NCBI RefSeq assembly: GCF_004010195.1
Contig: NC_057723.1
Span: 79,699,243 to 79,740,018 of the forward strand
Length of the DNA stretch: 40,776 nt
Direction of reading: 5' to 3'
Source of the DNA: Chiloscyllium plagiosum
Lineage: Eukaryota
Shown here: piece after piece, positions 26,213-36,724 of the stretch
Numbering within the stretch: the stretch's first letter is position 1
Layout: the number at the start of each line of letters is the position of its first letter
The notes under the pieces: generated by a model
Database searches by the model: none
Told to the model about the DNA's origin: nothing
The model's input: only the letters and a program-made list of their open reading frames with translations
Translations under genes and position numbers: made by a program

Positions 26213-26900
26213 AGGAGGTGCCCTGAAAAGGGCTACACAGCTCCTTCCTGATGAAGTGCTTATGCTGATTCTCCTGCTCCTCTGATGCTGCCTGACCTGC
26301 TGCGCTTTTCCAGCACCACACTTGACTCTGATCTCCAGCATCTGCAGTCCTCCAATAAGTTCTCCTTATTTATCGATCAAGCCAGTTTAATCTTCCACAA
26401 CTTAATTAAGTGACTTGGCATTGTATTTTGTTTTATAATGCTGTCTAAAGCATCTTATGATGTTTTATTTTGTCATAAGCATCGTAAAATAGATCTTTGT
26501 GGCACTGGTTTTATTGGTGGATGATCGTGGTAACCAGTCCTGACTCTCCAATTTTGTATATCCTTCAAGTTTCCTTTTAAACATCCTTTTAATCTGTATC
26601 CATCTCTCTTATTGGCAGTGCCTTACAAATCCTCACAACCCATTGCATAAAATAAATGTCCTGTTCAGGTTTACCGCTGGCTCTTCTGCTTATCTTAAAT
26701 CTATGCTATCTCCTTCTTGACCTTGCAGTAATTGAAAATAGTTCCTCGTTCTTTACTCTCCCACCCCTTGTGATTTTAAATAGCTTTACCAAATCTCCCC
26801 TTAGCATTCTTTGCTGTTAGGGGAACAAGATGGGGTAATACCTGTACTAAACAGTAGTCCCCGTTCAACTGTGCATAGAGTGCGATTAAACCAGTCTTAC

Positions 26901-27032
26901 CAGTCTCTGTGCTGGAGGAAGAAGTGGTTATCTTGTAGGTGATAGTAACAGCAGCAATAATTAAAAGCAAGCCACCGACAACAGTCACAATGCGCAGAGG
27001 AGTCATTATCCCTGGAGTTCCACTGGAAATCC
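26901..27032 (-). CDS. IgSF receptor exon 6: stalk and transmembrane (G)ISSGTPGIMTPLRIVTVVGGLLLIIAAVTITYKITTSSSSTET
   Basis: aaaaacag| acceptor and G|gtaaga donor, 132 nt, phase 1-1. Hydrophobic stretch of about 20 aa between R and K. Confidence 0.85.
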
Positions 27033-27453
27033 CTGTTTTTAATCCAAGGCGATAATAGAACTTTATTGAGTGGGGATGGAGTTATAGTCAGAATTAAACA
27101 ATTTCCTGATTCAGGAGCAAGATGTGAGTTTTAAATGGAGTGACACAACTTAATCCTTTTGCTTCCTGTAAACCAATGTGAGTATGTAAAAACCAGTCCC
27201 ATCCACAGCTAATCAGTAGCTAATGCATTACATGTCTCTACTGTTTTCACAGAACAACCCCTCAAAACAAAGCCTTCTGCAGAAAGTAAAACTTTGGAGG
27301 ATTGTTTCCAGGAGTCCAAGTTAATAATTGACTGTTGGTTCGCCTGTTCCTTTTGTAACTGCAACCCTCCCCTGTCACTCAGACACCTCCCCCTCCCATT
27401 CACACCTGTACACACACAATACACCACATTCTCACAACTGATGTGGGTCTTAC

Positions 27454-27774
27454 CCAGATACTTAGTGACCGCTCTCTGTAGCGTCTGTACCAGGGACACA
27501 TGGTTCACTTCACACCAGTAAGTATGGTTGCTCTCCCACTCTGCTGTCGGCACAGTCAGCTGGCTCAGTGTCCGGTAGGTGCCTGTACTGCCCAAAGCCA
27601 CTGCAAACTGGGTCACTCCCATATCCACTGGACCATTCTCATCTCTCCAAGTCACAGAAATATCGGCAGGGTAAAAATCTGACACCAAACAGGCCACTGT
27701 GACATTTTGCCCGGCAGAGACAGCATCGGATCGAGGAGAGATCAGCTGGATCACAGGCTCCTGAATGTAACCAT
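27454..27774 (-). CDS. IgSF receptor exon 5: third C1-set domain
   Basis: EPVIQLISP...VTVACLVSDFYPADISVTW...YRTLSQLTVPTAEWESNHTYWCEVNHVSL; donor G|gtaaga. The acceptor is the unusual gctgGAG|. 321 nt, phase 1-1. Confidence 0.88.
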
Positions 27775-28396
27775 CTCCAGCAAAGACAGGAACAGATTGT
27801 TAGATAAACAAATATTTACAACTTTATCATAGTCACCAAGTCAAATGTATTTCAGAAAAGTTAAGTGAAGGCAGAGAGCAGTGACTTTCTTGGTTTACAG
27901 CATCAATAATGTAACACTCCAAGCTCGAAGCAGAAAGTGGGATGTTAATGTTGGGATGCATTCTGGCATAGCCCTGATTACTCATACATCAGGTGAAGCA
28001 CTTGATGATTCATAAATGGATAAACTATAAGGAAATGCCAGTCAGACTGCAATGATCGAGCTCTTTGGTGAATAATAAACTACAAGCACAAGGCAGAATG
28101 GAGGGAGGTGGGAACCTATCCATTCTCTTCATAGTAGATGCAATTGATTCTGTTCCTGACTTCCCCTAATCTATAGCATAAGCAAGAGTTGAGAGTGTGG
28201 CACTGGAAAAGCACAAGCAGGCAGGCAGAATCTGAGGAGCAGGAGAATCATCGTTTTGGGTAGGAGCCCTTCATCAGGAAGCCCTTCATAAGCAAGCTGA
28301 GCAATCATACGCATAGCTTCCAGGGAGAGAGACTATAAAGGCATCTTAGTCCCACTTCTGATGAAAAGTAGTGAACTCAGCACTGATCTTTATAAT

Positions 28397-29179
28397 CAGA
28401 CTCAACCACCATTTTATACTCTTCCACATAACCTCAAATAAACACAAAATCAATGAGTTAAAAAAATCCAATTCATGGGTATGATATTGAAATCCTCCCA
28501 CTTGGTCCATTCCTGGGGTTCTACAGAACCTGGTGCTGGGGCCCTTGCTGGTTGGGATGTACATTATTGATTTGGTTCTAAAGATAGGAGGTCCATTCAA
28601 GAAGTTTGCAGATGACATGGAATGAAATTTGATTGGGTGATAGATAGTGACGAGGAGAGTTGTAAATTTCAGGAGCGTATCAACAGACTGGTCAGGTGGA
28701 CAGAGAAGCAGCAAATGGAATGTAACCTGGAAACATGTGAGTTTGGGAACTGCTACCAAGGCAAGGAATGGGGAGACCCTGTAAAGTACTGAATATTATT
28801 GGGATTTTGATGTGCATATCCGGACACTGCTGAAGATAGGAAAACATGTATCCCACATGCTTCCTTATCTACGTGTCTACTGGCTGAGGCATACAAGTGC
28901 AGGGAGCTTATGCTGGAATGAAAACAGAAGTGTTGGAGAAACTCAGCTGGTCTGGAAAGATCAGTGACGAGAGAAACAGTTAATATTTAAAGTGTAAAGA
29001 CTCCTCTTCACCTGATGTATCCCAACCAGCAAGGGCCCCAGCACTAGGTTCTGTGGAACCCCAGGTATGGACCAAGTGGGAGGATTTCAATATCATACCC
29101 ATGAGTTGGATTATTTTACTCATTGATCTTGTGTTTATTTGAGGTTATGTGAAAAAGTATAAATGGTGGTTGGGTCTGA
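28397..29179. repeat. Inverted duplication with ~165-bp arms (28397-28564 / 29015-29179)
   Basis: For example CATGGGTATGATATTGAAATCCTCCCACTTGGTCCAT versus ATGGACCAAGTGGGAGGATTTCAATATCATACCCATG. Confidence 0.9.
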
Positions 29180-29180
29180 C

Positions 29181-29970
29181 CCTACAAGGATCAGTGCTGG
29201 GTTCAGTACTTTTCATCATTTACATAAATGATTTGGATGAGAGCATAAGAGGTACAGTTAGCAAGTTTGTAGATGACACCAAAATTGGAGGTGTAGTGGA
29301 CAGCGAAGAAGGTTCCCTCAGATTACGGCGGTATCTTGATCAAATGGGCTGAGATGTGGCAGATGGAGTTTAATTCAGATAAATGTGAGGTGCTGCATTT
29401 TGGGAAAGCAAACCTTAGCAGGACTTATACACTTAATGGTAAGGTCCGAGGGAGTGTTGCTGAACAAAGAGACCTTGGAGTGCAGGTTCATAGCTCCTTG
29501 AAAGTAGAGTTGCAGGTAGATAGGACAGTGAAGAAGGTGTTTGGTATGCTTTCCTTTATTGGTTAGAGTATTGAGTACAGGAATTGGGAGGTCATGTTGC
29601 AACTGTACAGGATATTGGTTAGGCCACTTTTGGAATGTTGCATGCATTTGTGGTCTCCTTCCTATCGGAAAGATATTGTGAAACTTGAAAGGGTTCAGAA
29701 ACGATTTACAATGATATGGCCCAGGTTGGAGGATTTGAGCTACAGGGAGAGGTTGAATAGGCTGGGGCTGTTTTCTCTGGAACCTGAGGGGAGACCTTAT
29801 AGAGGTTTATAAAATCATGAGGGCATGGATAGGATAAATAGACAAAGTCTCTTCACTGGGGTGGGGGAGTCCAGACAGGTGGGGCTAGATTGGGTTGGGA
29901 TATCTGGTCAGCATGGATGGGTTGGGCTGAAGGGTCTGTTTCCGTGCTGTACATCTCTATGACTCTATGA
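29181..29970 (+). mobile_element. CR1 LINE 3' fragment, internally deleted
   Basis: QGSVLG; FVDDTK; WQMEFNSDKCEVLHFG; LERVQKRFT; ATGACTCT tail. Further older + strand CR1 pieces continue to ~30700. Confidence 0.9.
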
Positions 29971-30981
29971 TTGGGGTACAGTGAGCAGATCTGGTCACTG
30001 CTTTGTAGGAAGGATATGATTGTGCAGAGGAAACTCATCAGGATGTTGCCTGGAGCATCTGAGCTGTGAGGAATGATTGGATGCACTGAGGTTGGTATCC
30101 CTGGAGCAGTGAGGCCAGACAGGAGGCTAATAGAGGTGTGTAAGATTATATGGGGTGTAGATGGGCTGGAGAGAAAGGCACTTTTTCCATGAGTAACATG
30201 GTCAATAACCTGCATAAAGAACCTACCTCTGCTGTCTGCTCAAGAAATCTTTATGCAAAGAGTTGCCTGTGGTGGTGGTGGTGGAGGCAGAGTCATTAGA
30301 GACATTTAAGCGACTGCTGGACATGCACATGGAGAGCAGTCAATTGAGGAGTGCGTAGGTTAGGTTATTTTATTTTACATTAGGACTAATCCTCGGCACA
30401 ACATCGTGGGCTGAAGGGCCTGTTCTCTAGCCAGGGAGTATAGGTTTAAGGTGAGAGGCAGCAGACTAAGAAAGGGGTTTTGGAGGATTATGGGAGTCCT
30501 GAAGTCACTGCTGGGAAGGATGCTAGAGTCAGACATTTTCTTGATATTTCAGCAGTATTTAGAAATTTACTTGCACTGCCATAACCCGCAGGACCATCAG
30601 CTAAAAGCTGGGAAATGGATTAATCTGGTCAGATCTTTGTCAACCAGAATAGGAATGATGGGCTGATTGGCCTCCTCTTGCTGCAATTGTCTCTGAGTTT
30701 CTGGATGACCAAAGTGCACTAGTTGAAAGCAACTGAGTAACTAATCATAAACGACTTATTTTTAAAAATACAGGTATACCTCTGTTAATACAATGACCCC
30801 TCATAAAAGAGTTTGAAGTTGTAAAATAGACTATTAGCAATCTCTGTCTCTACTGTTTTAATATTTATTTACCTGCATTTCTTTATTAATTTTAGCAAAG
30901 TGTGGAATATGTAGCCTATAGGGACAACAAATGTTATAACTGGGCAGAGGGGTAACAGGAGTCCAGTCATGTTAGGAGACA

Positions 30982-32223
30982 TAAGCAGTGGTTAGCACTG
31001 GTGCCAGGGACCTGGGTTCGATTCCAGCCTCGGGTGATTGTGTAGAGTTTGCACGTTCTCCCCGTGTCTGCGTGGGTTTCCTCCGGGTGCTCCGGTTTCC
31101 TCCCACAGTCCAAAGATGTGCAGGTTTGGGTGGATTGGCCACGCTGAAGTGTTGAGAGTGTGGTGCTGGAAATGCACAGCAGGTCAGGCAGCATCCGAGG
31201 AGCCCTTCATCAAAAATGAGGCTGGGAGCCTAGGGGGTGGTGAGATAAATGGGAGGAGAGTAGGGCTGGGGACAAGGTAGCTGAGAGTGCAATAGGTGGA
31301 TGGAAGTGGGGTTAAAGGTGATAGGGTGGAGAGGAGGCTGGAGCAGATGGGTGGGAAGGAAGATTGGTAGGTCATGAGGGTGGTGCCGAGTGGGAAGGTT
31401 GGATCTGGGATAAGGTGGGAGGAGGGGACATGAGGAAACTGGTGAAATCCACATTGATGCCTTGGGGTTGAAGTGTTCCGAGGCAGAAGATGAGGCGTTC
31501 TTCCTCCAGGCGGGTGGTGAGGGAGCGGCGGTGGAGGAGGCCCAAGACCTCCATGTCCTCGGCAGAGTGGGAGGGGGAGTTGAAATGTTGGGCCACAGGG
31601 CGGTGTGGTTGATTGATGTGGGTGTCCCGGAGATGTTCCCTAAAGCACTCTACTAGGAGGCGCCCAGTCTCCCCAATGTAGAGGAGACTGCATCGGGAGC
31701 AACGGAAACAATAAATGATATTAGTGGATGTGCAAGTAAAACTCTGGATGTGGAAGGCTCCTTTGGGGCCTCGGATGGAGGTGAGGGAGGAGGTGTGGGC
31801 GCAGGTTTTGCAATTCCTGTGGTGGCAGGGGAAGATGCCGGGAGGGGAAGGTGGGTTGGTGTGGGGCGTGGACCTGATGAGGAAGTCATGGAAGGAATGG
31901 TGTTTGTGGAAAGAGGATAGGATGGGGAGAGAAATATATCTCTGGTAGTGGGGTCCATTTGTAGGTGGCGGAAATGGGGGAGGATGATGCGATGTACACG
32001 AAGGTTGGTGGGGTGGAAGGTGAGGACCGGGGGGAGTTCTGTCCTTGTTGTGTTTAGGCGGGGTGCTCAAGTATCCCATAGTGTTCAGGGATATGGAGGC
32101 TGGGTGGTTTAGCCATGGGGAATACAGGGTTACAGGCATAGGGGGTGAGTCTGGGTGGGATGCTGTTCAGAGGGGCAGTTTGACTTGGGCAGAATGGCCT
32201 GCTTCCACAGTGTAGGGATTCTA
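30982..32223 (+). mobile_element. HE1-type SINE split in two (30982-31150 and 32065-32223) by a Penelope insertion
   Basis: The SINE stops at GGCCACGCT and resumes at ...CCCATAGTG; junction repeats GCTGAAGT (31143-31150) and GCTCAAGT (32065-32072). Confidence 0.75.
31151..32064 (-). mobile_element. Penelope-like element family B, 3' fragment (GIY-YIG)
   Basis: SFTCTSTNIIYCFRCSRCSLLYIGETGRLL..CFREH...VAQHFN...EERLIFCLGTLQPQGINVDF. Confidence 0.9.
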
Positions 32224-32552
32224 CGAGGAGAAACAGATACAAAATCGATAGTTAATAGAGCAAATAGCGCCAGACAGAGCCAGGTAAGGGCAAGATAAAG
32301 TAGGCCTGCTGGGGTGAGTAAAAGGTGTTTATCTGAGACTGCAGACATCTGCTTTTCATCTGATTATCATAGGAACATAAAATCATACAATACAGAGGGG
32401 GCCCTTTCTGCATGTATTAATTATGCACAAACAAGATTGCAATTCGAGTAATGAACGGTGTATACAACAGGATGTGTTTTAAAAATGTGTTCTCTTGTAT
32501 TTGACAGAATTCTGTTCAAGTGAGTCTAGAGTACGCTCTCCCTGTGGGTGCA

Positions 32553-32678
32553 TGATGTGGAGGTGCCAGTGTTGGACTGGGGTGGACGAGATCAGAAGTC
32601 ACATGACACCAGGTTATAGTCCGACAGATTTATTTGAAATCACAAACTTTTTGAGCACTGCCCCTTCATCAGGTGAAG
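32553..32678. mobile_element. Family C stub (single arm)
   Basis: ATGTGGAGGTGCCAGTGTTGGACTGGG...CCCTTCATCAGGTG. Confidence 0.7.
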
Positions 32679-32927
32679 TCACAACAAGAATTCAACAGTC
32701 ATGACTTTGGTCTCCTCAAGGATATTTCATGCTTGAGTAGATGCAGGGATTTTAGAACATGATATCAATTTGAATGGAATATAAGGTTGTAGTAGGAAGG
32801 AGGAATGAGAATCTTTAGAAGAAACTTCACAGGATTCAAGTTAGACTTTAGGTAGTTTTAAGACACATTTAATATTCCAGGATATCTTGAGAAAACATTT
32901 AAAGACAATAAGATTCCATGTCCTTAC

Positions 32928-33242
32928 CATTTATTTTCCTCAAGCTGTGCCTCACAGGAGTTGACAACAAAACATGTTGAATTTGACAAGTGAACAAAGA
33001 TCCACATTCCCACTCATGGACAGCAACTGTGAACTCACTTCTGGGACTGTAACTCCCATTTGTATTTAAAGCTGGTGGAAGTGTTTTCGAACTAAAAGTT
33101 GTATTACAGTTATTAACTAGCCAGCCAAACACAATGTCTTTGGGATAAAATCCAACCACCAGACAAACAATTGTTGCAGTTTTCTTCACACCAACCTCTT
33201 CAGAAGTTGGAGGAAGCACATAGACAGATGGTGGGATCAAAT
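32928..33242 (-). CDS. IgSF receptor exon 4: second C1-set domain
   Basis: PPSVYVLPPTSEEV...ATIVCLVVGFYPKDIVFGW...YSPRSEFTV...EWECGSLFTCQIQH; cgtttag| and G|gtaagg; 315 nt, phase 1-1. Confidence 0.92.
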
Positions 33243-33858
33243 CTAAACGAGTAGAAGTGGTTATTGGTCAGAACAGTACTCTTCCAAAGTCAATTCAGAA
33301 GCAACAGAGTACTTTGCATTTAGATATCAAAACTTCAGGACATCCCAAAACACGTTAGAGCCACTGAATGCAGTTGCTGTAACTTTGCAAAAAAAAGTGG
33401 GATTTAATTTGCACTCAGTAAAATCCCATAAATAGCAATGAAATGAATGTCAAATGGAATATTAAGAAAATAAAACTTATTTGTTTTAATCTTATTCATA
33501 TATCAAAACAATATTTTCTCCAAGGTAGCGTGGTGTAATAATGGTTCCAGGCTAAGGAAGGCCCAGGGTCCATCTAACATGGTAGTTTACAGAGTTCCTA
33601 TAATTAATTTTGAATAACATTGAATCCCATAAATTGACAAGACTCTTCCCAGTTCTTGCCTAAACATGTGAAGGTTTCTTGTTCAAGCATGCATGTCAAA
33701 AATCTATTCCATATTCTTCCACCCTGATGGAAGAAGACATGGCCTTTTTTATCCAGCCTCTAACTGATGCTTTGATTCTGTATGTGACTGCAATGCTTAC
33801 TCTGATCATAACCTTTCATAATTTCATTCGTAACAAGGAGTGAAGTTTCACAGCTGTT

Positions 33859-34079
33859 GAGGGTGGTACATGTGTGAAATGAACTGGCAGAGGAAGTGGT
33901 GGAGGCTGGTACAATTACAGCATTTAAAAGGCATCTGGATGGGTACATGAATAGGAAGGGGTTAGACGGATATGGGCCAAATGCTGACAAATGGGGCTAG
34001 ATTAATTTAGGATATCTGGTCAGTATGGATGAGTTGAACCAAAAGGTCTGTTTCTGTGCTGCGTAACTCTATGACTCTA
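33859..34079 (+). mobile_element. CR1 3'-end fragment
   Basis: Matches 37645-37870 and the reverse complement of 17768-17990. Confidence 0.85.
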
Positions 34080-34226
34080 GGGTATTATGAATGGAATCAA
34101 AATATAGTTATGGCGCAAGTAGATCATGAGAGTTAATAAACTCATTTTTGAGCTGTCACAGAAGAAGTAATTCCCTTTAGTTGTATTTTCTACTTTTTAA
34201 AGTGTCCCACATAAAAGTAACACTGT

Positions 34227-34542
34227 GGGTGACACGGTGGCTCAGTGGTTAGCACTGCTGCCTCACAGCACCAGGATCCCAAGTTCGATTCCTGCCCTGG
34301 GTGACTGTTGGAGTTGCACGTTCTCCCTGTGTCTGTGTGGGTGTCCTCTGGGTACTCGGGTTTCCCCCCACAATCCAAAGATGTGCAGGTCAGGTGAATT
34401 GGCCATGCTAAATTGTCCATAATGATAGGTGCATTAGTCAGGGGTAAATGTAGGTGAATTGATCTGGGTGGATTGCTCTTCGGAGGGTCGGTGTGAACTT
34501 AATGGGCCAAAGGGTCTGTTTCCACACTGTAGGGAATCTAAT
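34227..34542 (+). mobile_element. HE1-type SINE
   Basis: GGTGGCTCAGTGGTTAGCACTGCTGCCTCACAG...CCACACTGTAGGGAATCTAAT. Confidence 0.85.
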
Positions 34543-35519
34543 TAAAAAAAACTGTCCTTACAGGATCAAATTCTTCTGATGTCAGAAATGGGTACACAAA
34601 CGGTGATGCTACACAGGTTAGGATGAAGGTTTTAAGCTCAAAGCAAAGATCTAGTGGTCGTTTTAAAATAGTAACAGAGTTTGGAGAGTAGTCACACAGG
34701 AACTGTCTCCACTTGTTTGAATGAACTAAACTAGAGCCACAAATATAAGACAGTCCTGCATAAATCCACAAGGAAACTTATGGTATGAAACCTCTTTATC
34801 CATACCATGATGAGATTATGAAACTCCTTGCCACAGGGTACAGCTGATGTGAGGTGAGACACCAGCTGATGAGAGAGCATTGAGTAGAAGGTTACCTTGA
34901 CAGACAAGGAGGTTCGAGTGGAACATTAATAGTGACGTGGACTAGTTGGATTGAATGGGCCATTTCTGTGCTCTGTATTCTTTGTAGTTCTACACATGAA
35001 AAATCAATTGTTGCACAGTCCACTTGCACAGCATTATTGGTTCAAAGCTGCCAGGAATATCAGCACATTTCAGGTTGAATCTGTCGAACCAGTGAACAAC
35101 TGGAGGAATTGAAACATAGGACAGTTATACGCCAAACCTGCTCCCATGTTGAAATTGTGAAATTCTACAGCTTTAAGCAGGATCTTCAAATTTGCCACAT
35201 TGCTGAGATACATAAGTACAAGTGGGCTTGTTTTAAAAGTATGTTAAAAATTTACAAAAAAGCTCAGGACTGTATGTCAATCAAACAATTGAGTTGCATC
35301 AGGCTAACTTTAATGGTATTTTCATTTGGAAGAAAGAACACAAGCTACTAAAAATTCTTAATTTTCCTCATAGACCCACTTTCAGCAAAATTTCACAAAG
35401 TTAGCTCTTGTAAATGTAGACGAAGGAAAATAAAAATATCATTGTGATTTTACAAAATGATTTCAAAGGAGATGGAACACAGCCTAACCAGTGTAATCCC
35501 AAATCCCTGTTGAACTCAA

Positions 35520-35850
35520 TTTCCCAACTGTGCCCAAAGCAGGGACAACACATCTATCCTGGGACAGGCTAAGCAAAGACATGCCAGAGAATCCCTGGAG
35601 GCCTGGCACTCCAACCACAACGCCATAAACAAACACACAGATCTAGATGCCATCTATCAACCCCTCAGAAAACAAACAGGAAATGACATCACCACAATCC
35701 CCAGGAACCCCATCCAGGAGAAAGATATAAATAGAAAGCAGGAGACAACAGCTTCACTTCACTTGGAGGTCGCCACTGATGATGTTACCTAGCCAGGTAA
35801 TGAAACGTCTGGATATCAAACCTACAGCTCAGCGAGCAAACCTACACCCC
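35520..35850 (+). mobile_element. Penelope family A 3' fragment with terminal repeat
   Basis: Homologous to 9975-10262. Confidence 0.8.
35773..35812 (+). ncRNA. Minimal type I hammerhead ribozyme motif (Penelope-associated)
   Basis: CCA-CTGATGA-T-GTTACCT(AGCC)AGGTAAT-GAAAC-GTC-TGG: intact core, 7-bp stem II, CCA/TGG stem I, GUC cleavage triplet, palindromic ACGT in place of stem III. Confidence 0.65.
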
Positions 35851-36307
35851 AAAGCAGGGAGTTTACCTGTCCCAGGAGTCTGACTCTCTAGATATTCGGA
35901 CCCATACATGAAGGAACTTGACCCTGGGATAATTCCCCTTTTCTGTTTTACCTCTAGCAAAGCTAAAGGAGTTATTGGAGATACGTTTGGACCCAAGAGC
36001 AGGGACAGCAAACATATCTATCAAAGGTAGAGCTAGGTGCAACAGCTACAGGAGGGCAAGAGGAGAAACCAGGGTGGTCCTGAGAGCAGATGTAGGAGAG
36101 AATGAGATTTTGGGAGACTTAGTGTGTAGCACAAGGGGGTAAAAATTATTTGTGAGTAGCTGGTGAGATTTTTTTAAGGCTTAAGGTTGATTCTGTGAAC
36201 TGAATTACTAGTCTAATAGACAGGAACATAGCCAGGACTTCTAAAGCACATCCTGTTTCGATTAGATTAGATCAGGAATTCTATTTCTCATGTTCTGGAT
36301 GTAGCCA

Positions 36308-36612
36308 CGATGTGGAGGTGCCAATGTTGGATGGGGATGGACAAAGTCTGAAGTCACATGACACCAGGTTATAGTCAAACAGAAACAAAAACAGAGCTTT
36401 CTGGAAAAGCTCAGAAGATCTGGCAGCACCTGTGGAGCGAAATTGGAGTTAATGTTTTGGGTCTGGTGACCCTTCCAACAGATTTATTTGAAACCACAAG
36501 CTTTCAAAGCGCTGCCCCTTCATCAGGTGCAGAAATAAAGCAGCAGCACTCCAAAAGCTTGTGGTTTCAAATAAACCTGTTGGACTGTAACGTGGGGTCT
36601 TGTGACTTCTCA
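36308..36612. mobile_element. Fold-back mini-element family C with an internal ~95-bp insert
   Basis: Arms TTTATTTGAAACCACAAGCTTT / AAAGCTTGTGGTTTCAAATAAA; unrelated insert at ~36378-36472. Confidence 0.7.
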
Positions 36613-36724
36613 CCATGTTCTGGATGGATTGACAGCTGTGGAGGAGCTTGAACAACGTTGAATCTACGTGCCTACCTCCTGGAGGTAGTACAATGACAGC
36701 CTGAGGGAATGTAGGAATCTTCAT

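Noticed and set aside
25642-26341. Four overlapping ORFs of 133-198 aa, and a CRISPR-like appearance
   Set aside because: Artefact of a stop-free 36-bp tandem repeat; there are no unique spacers and the context is eukaryotic.
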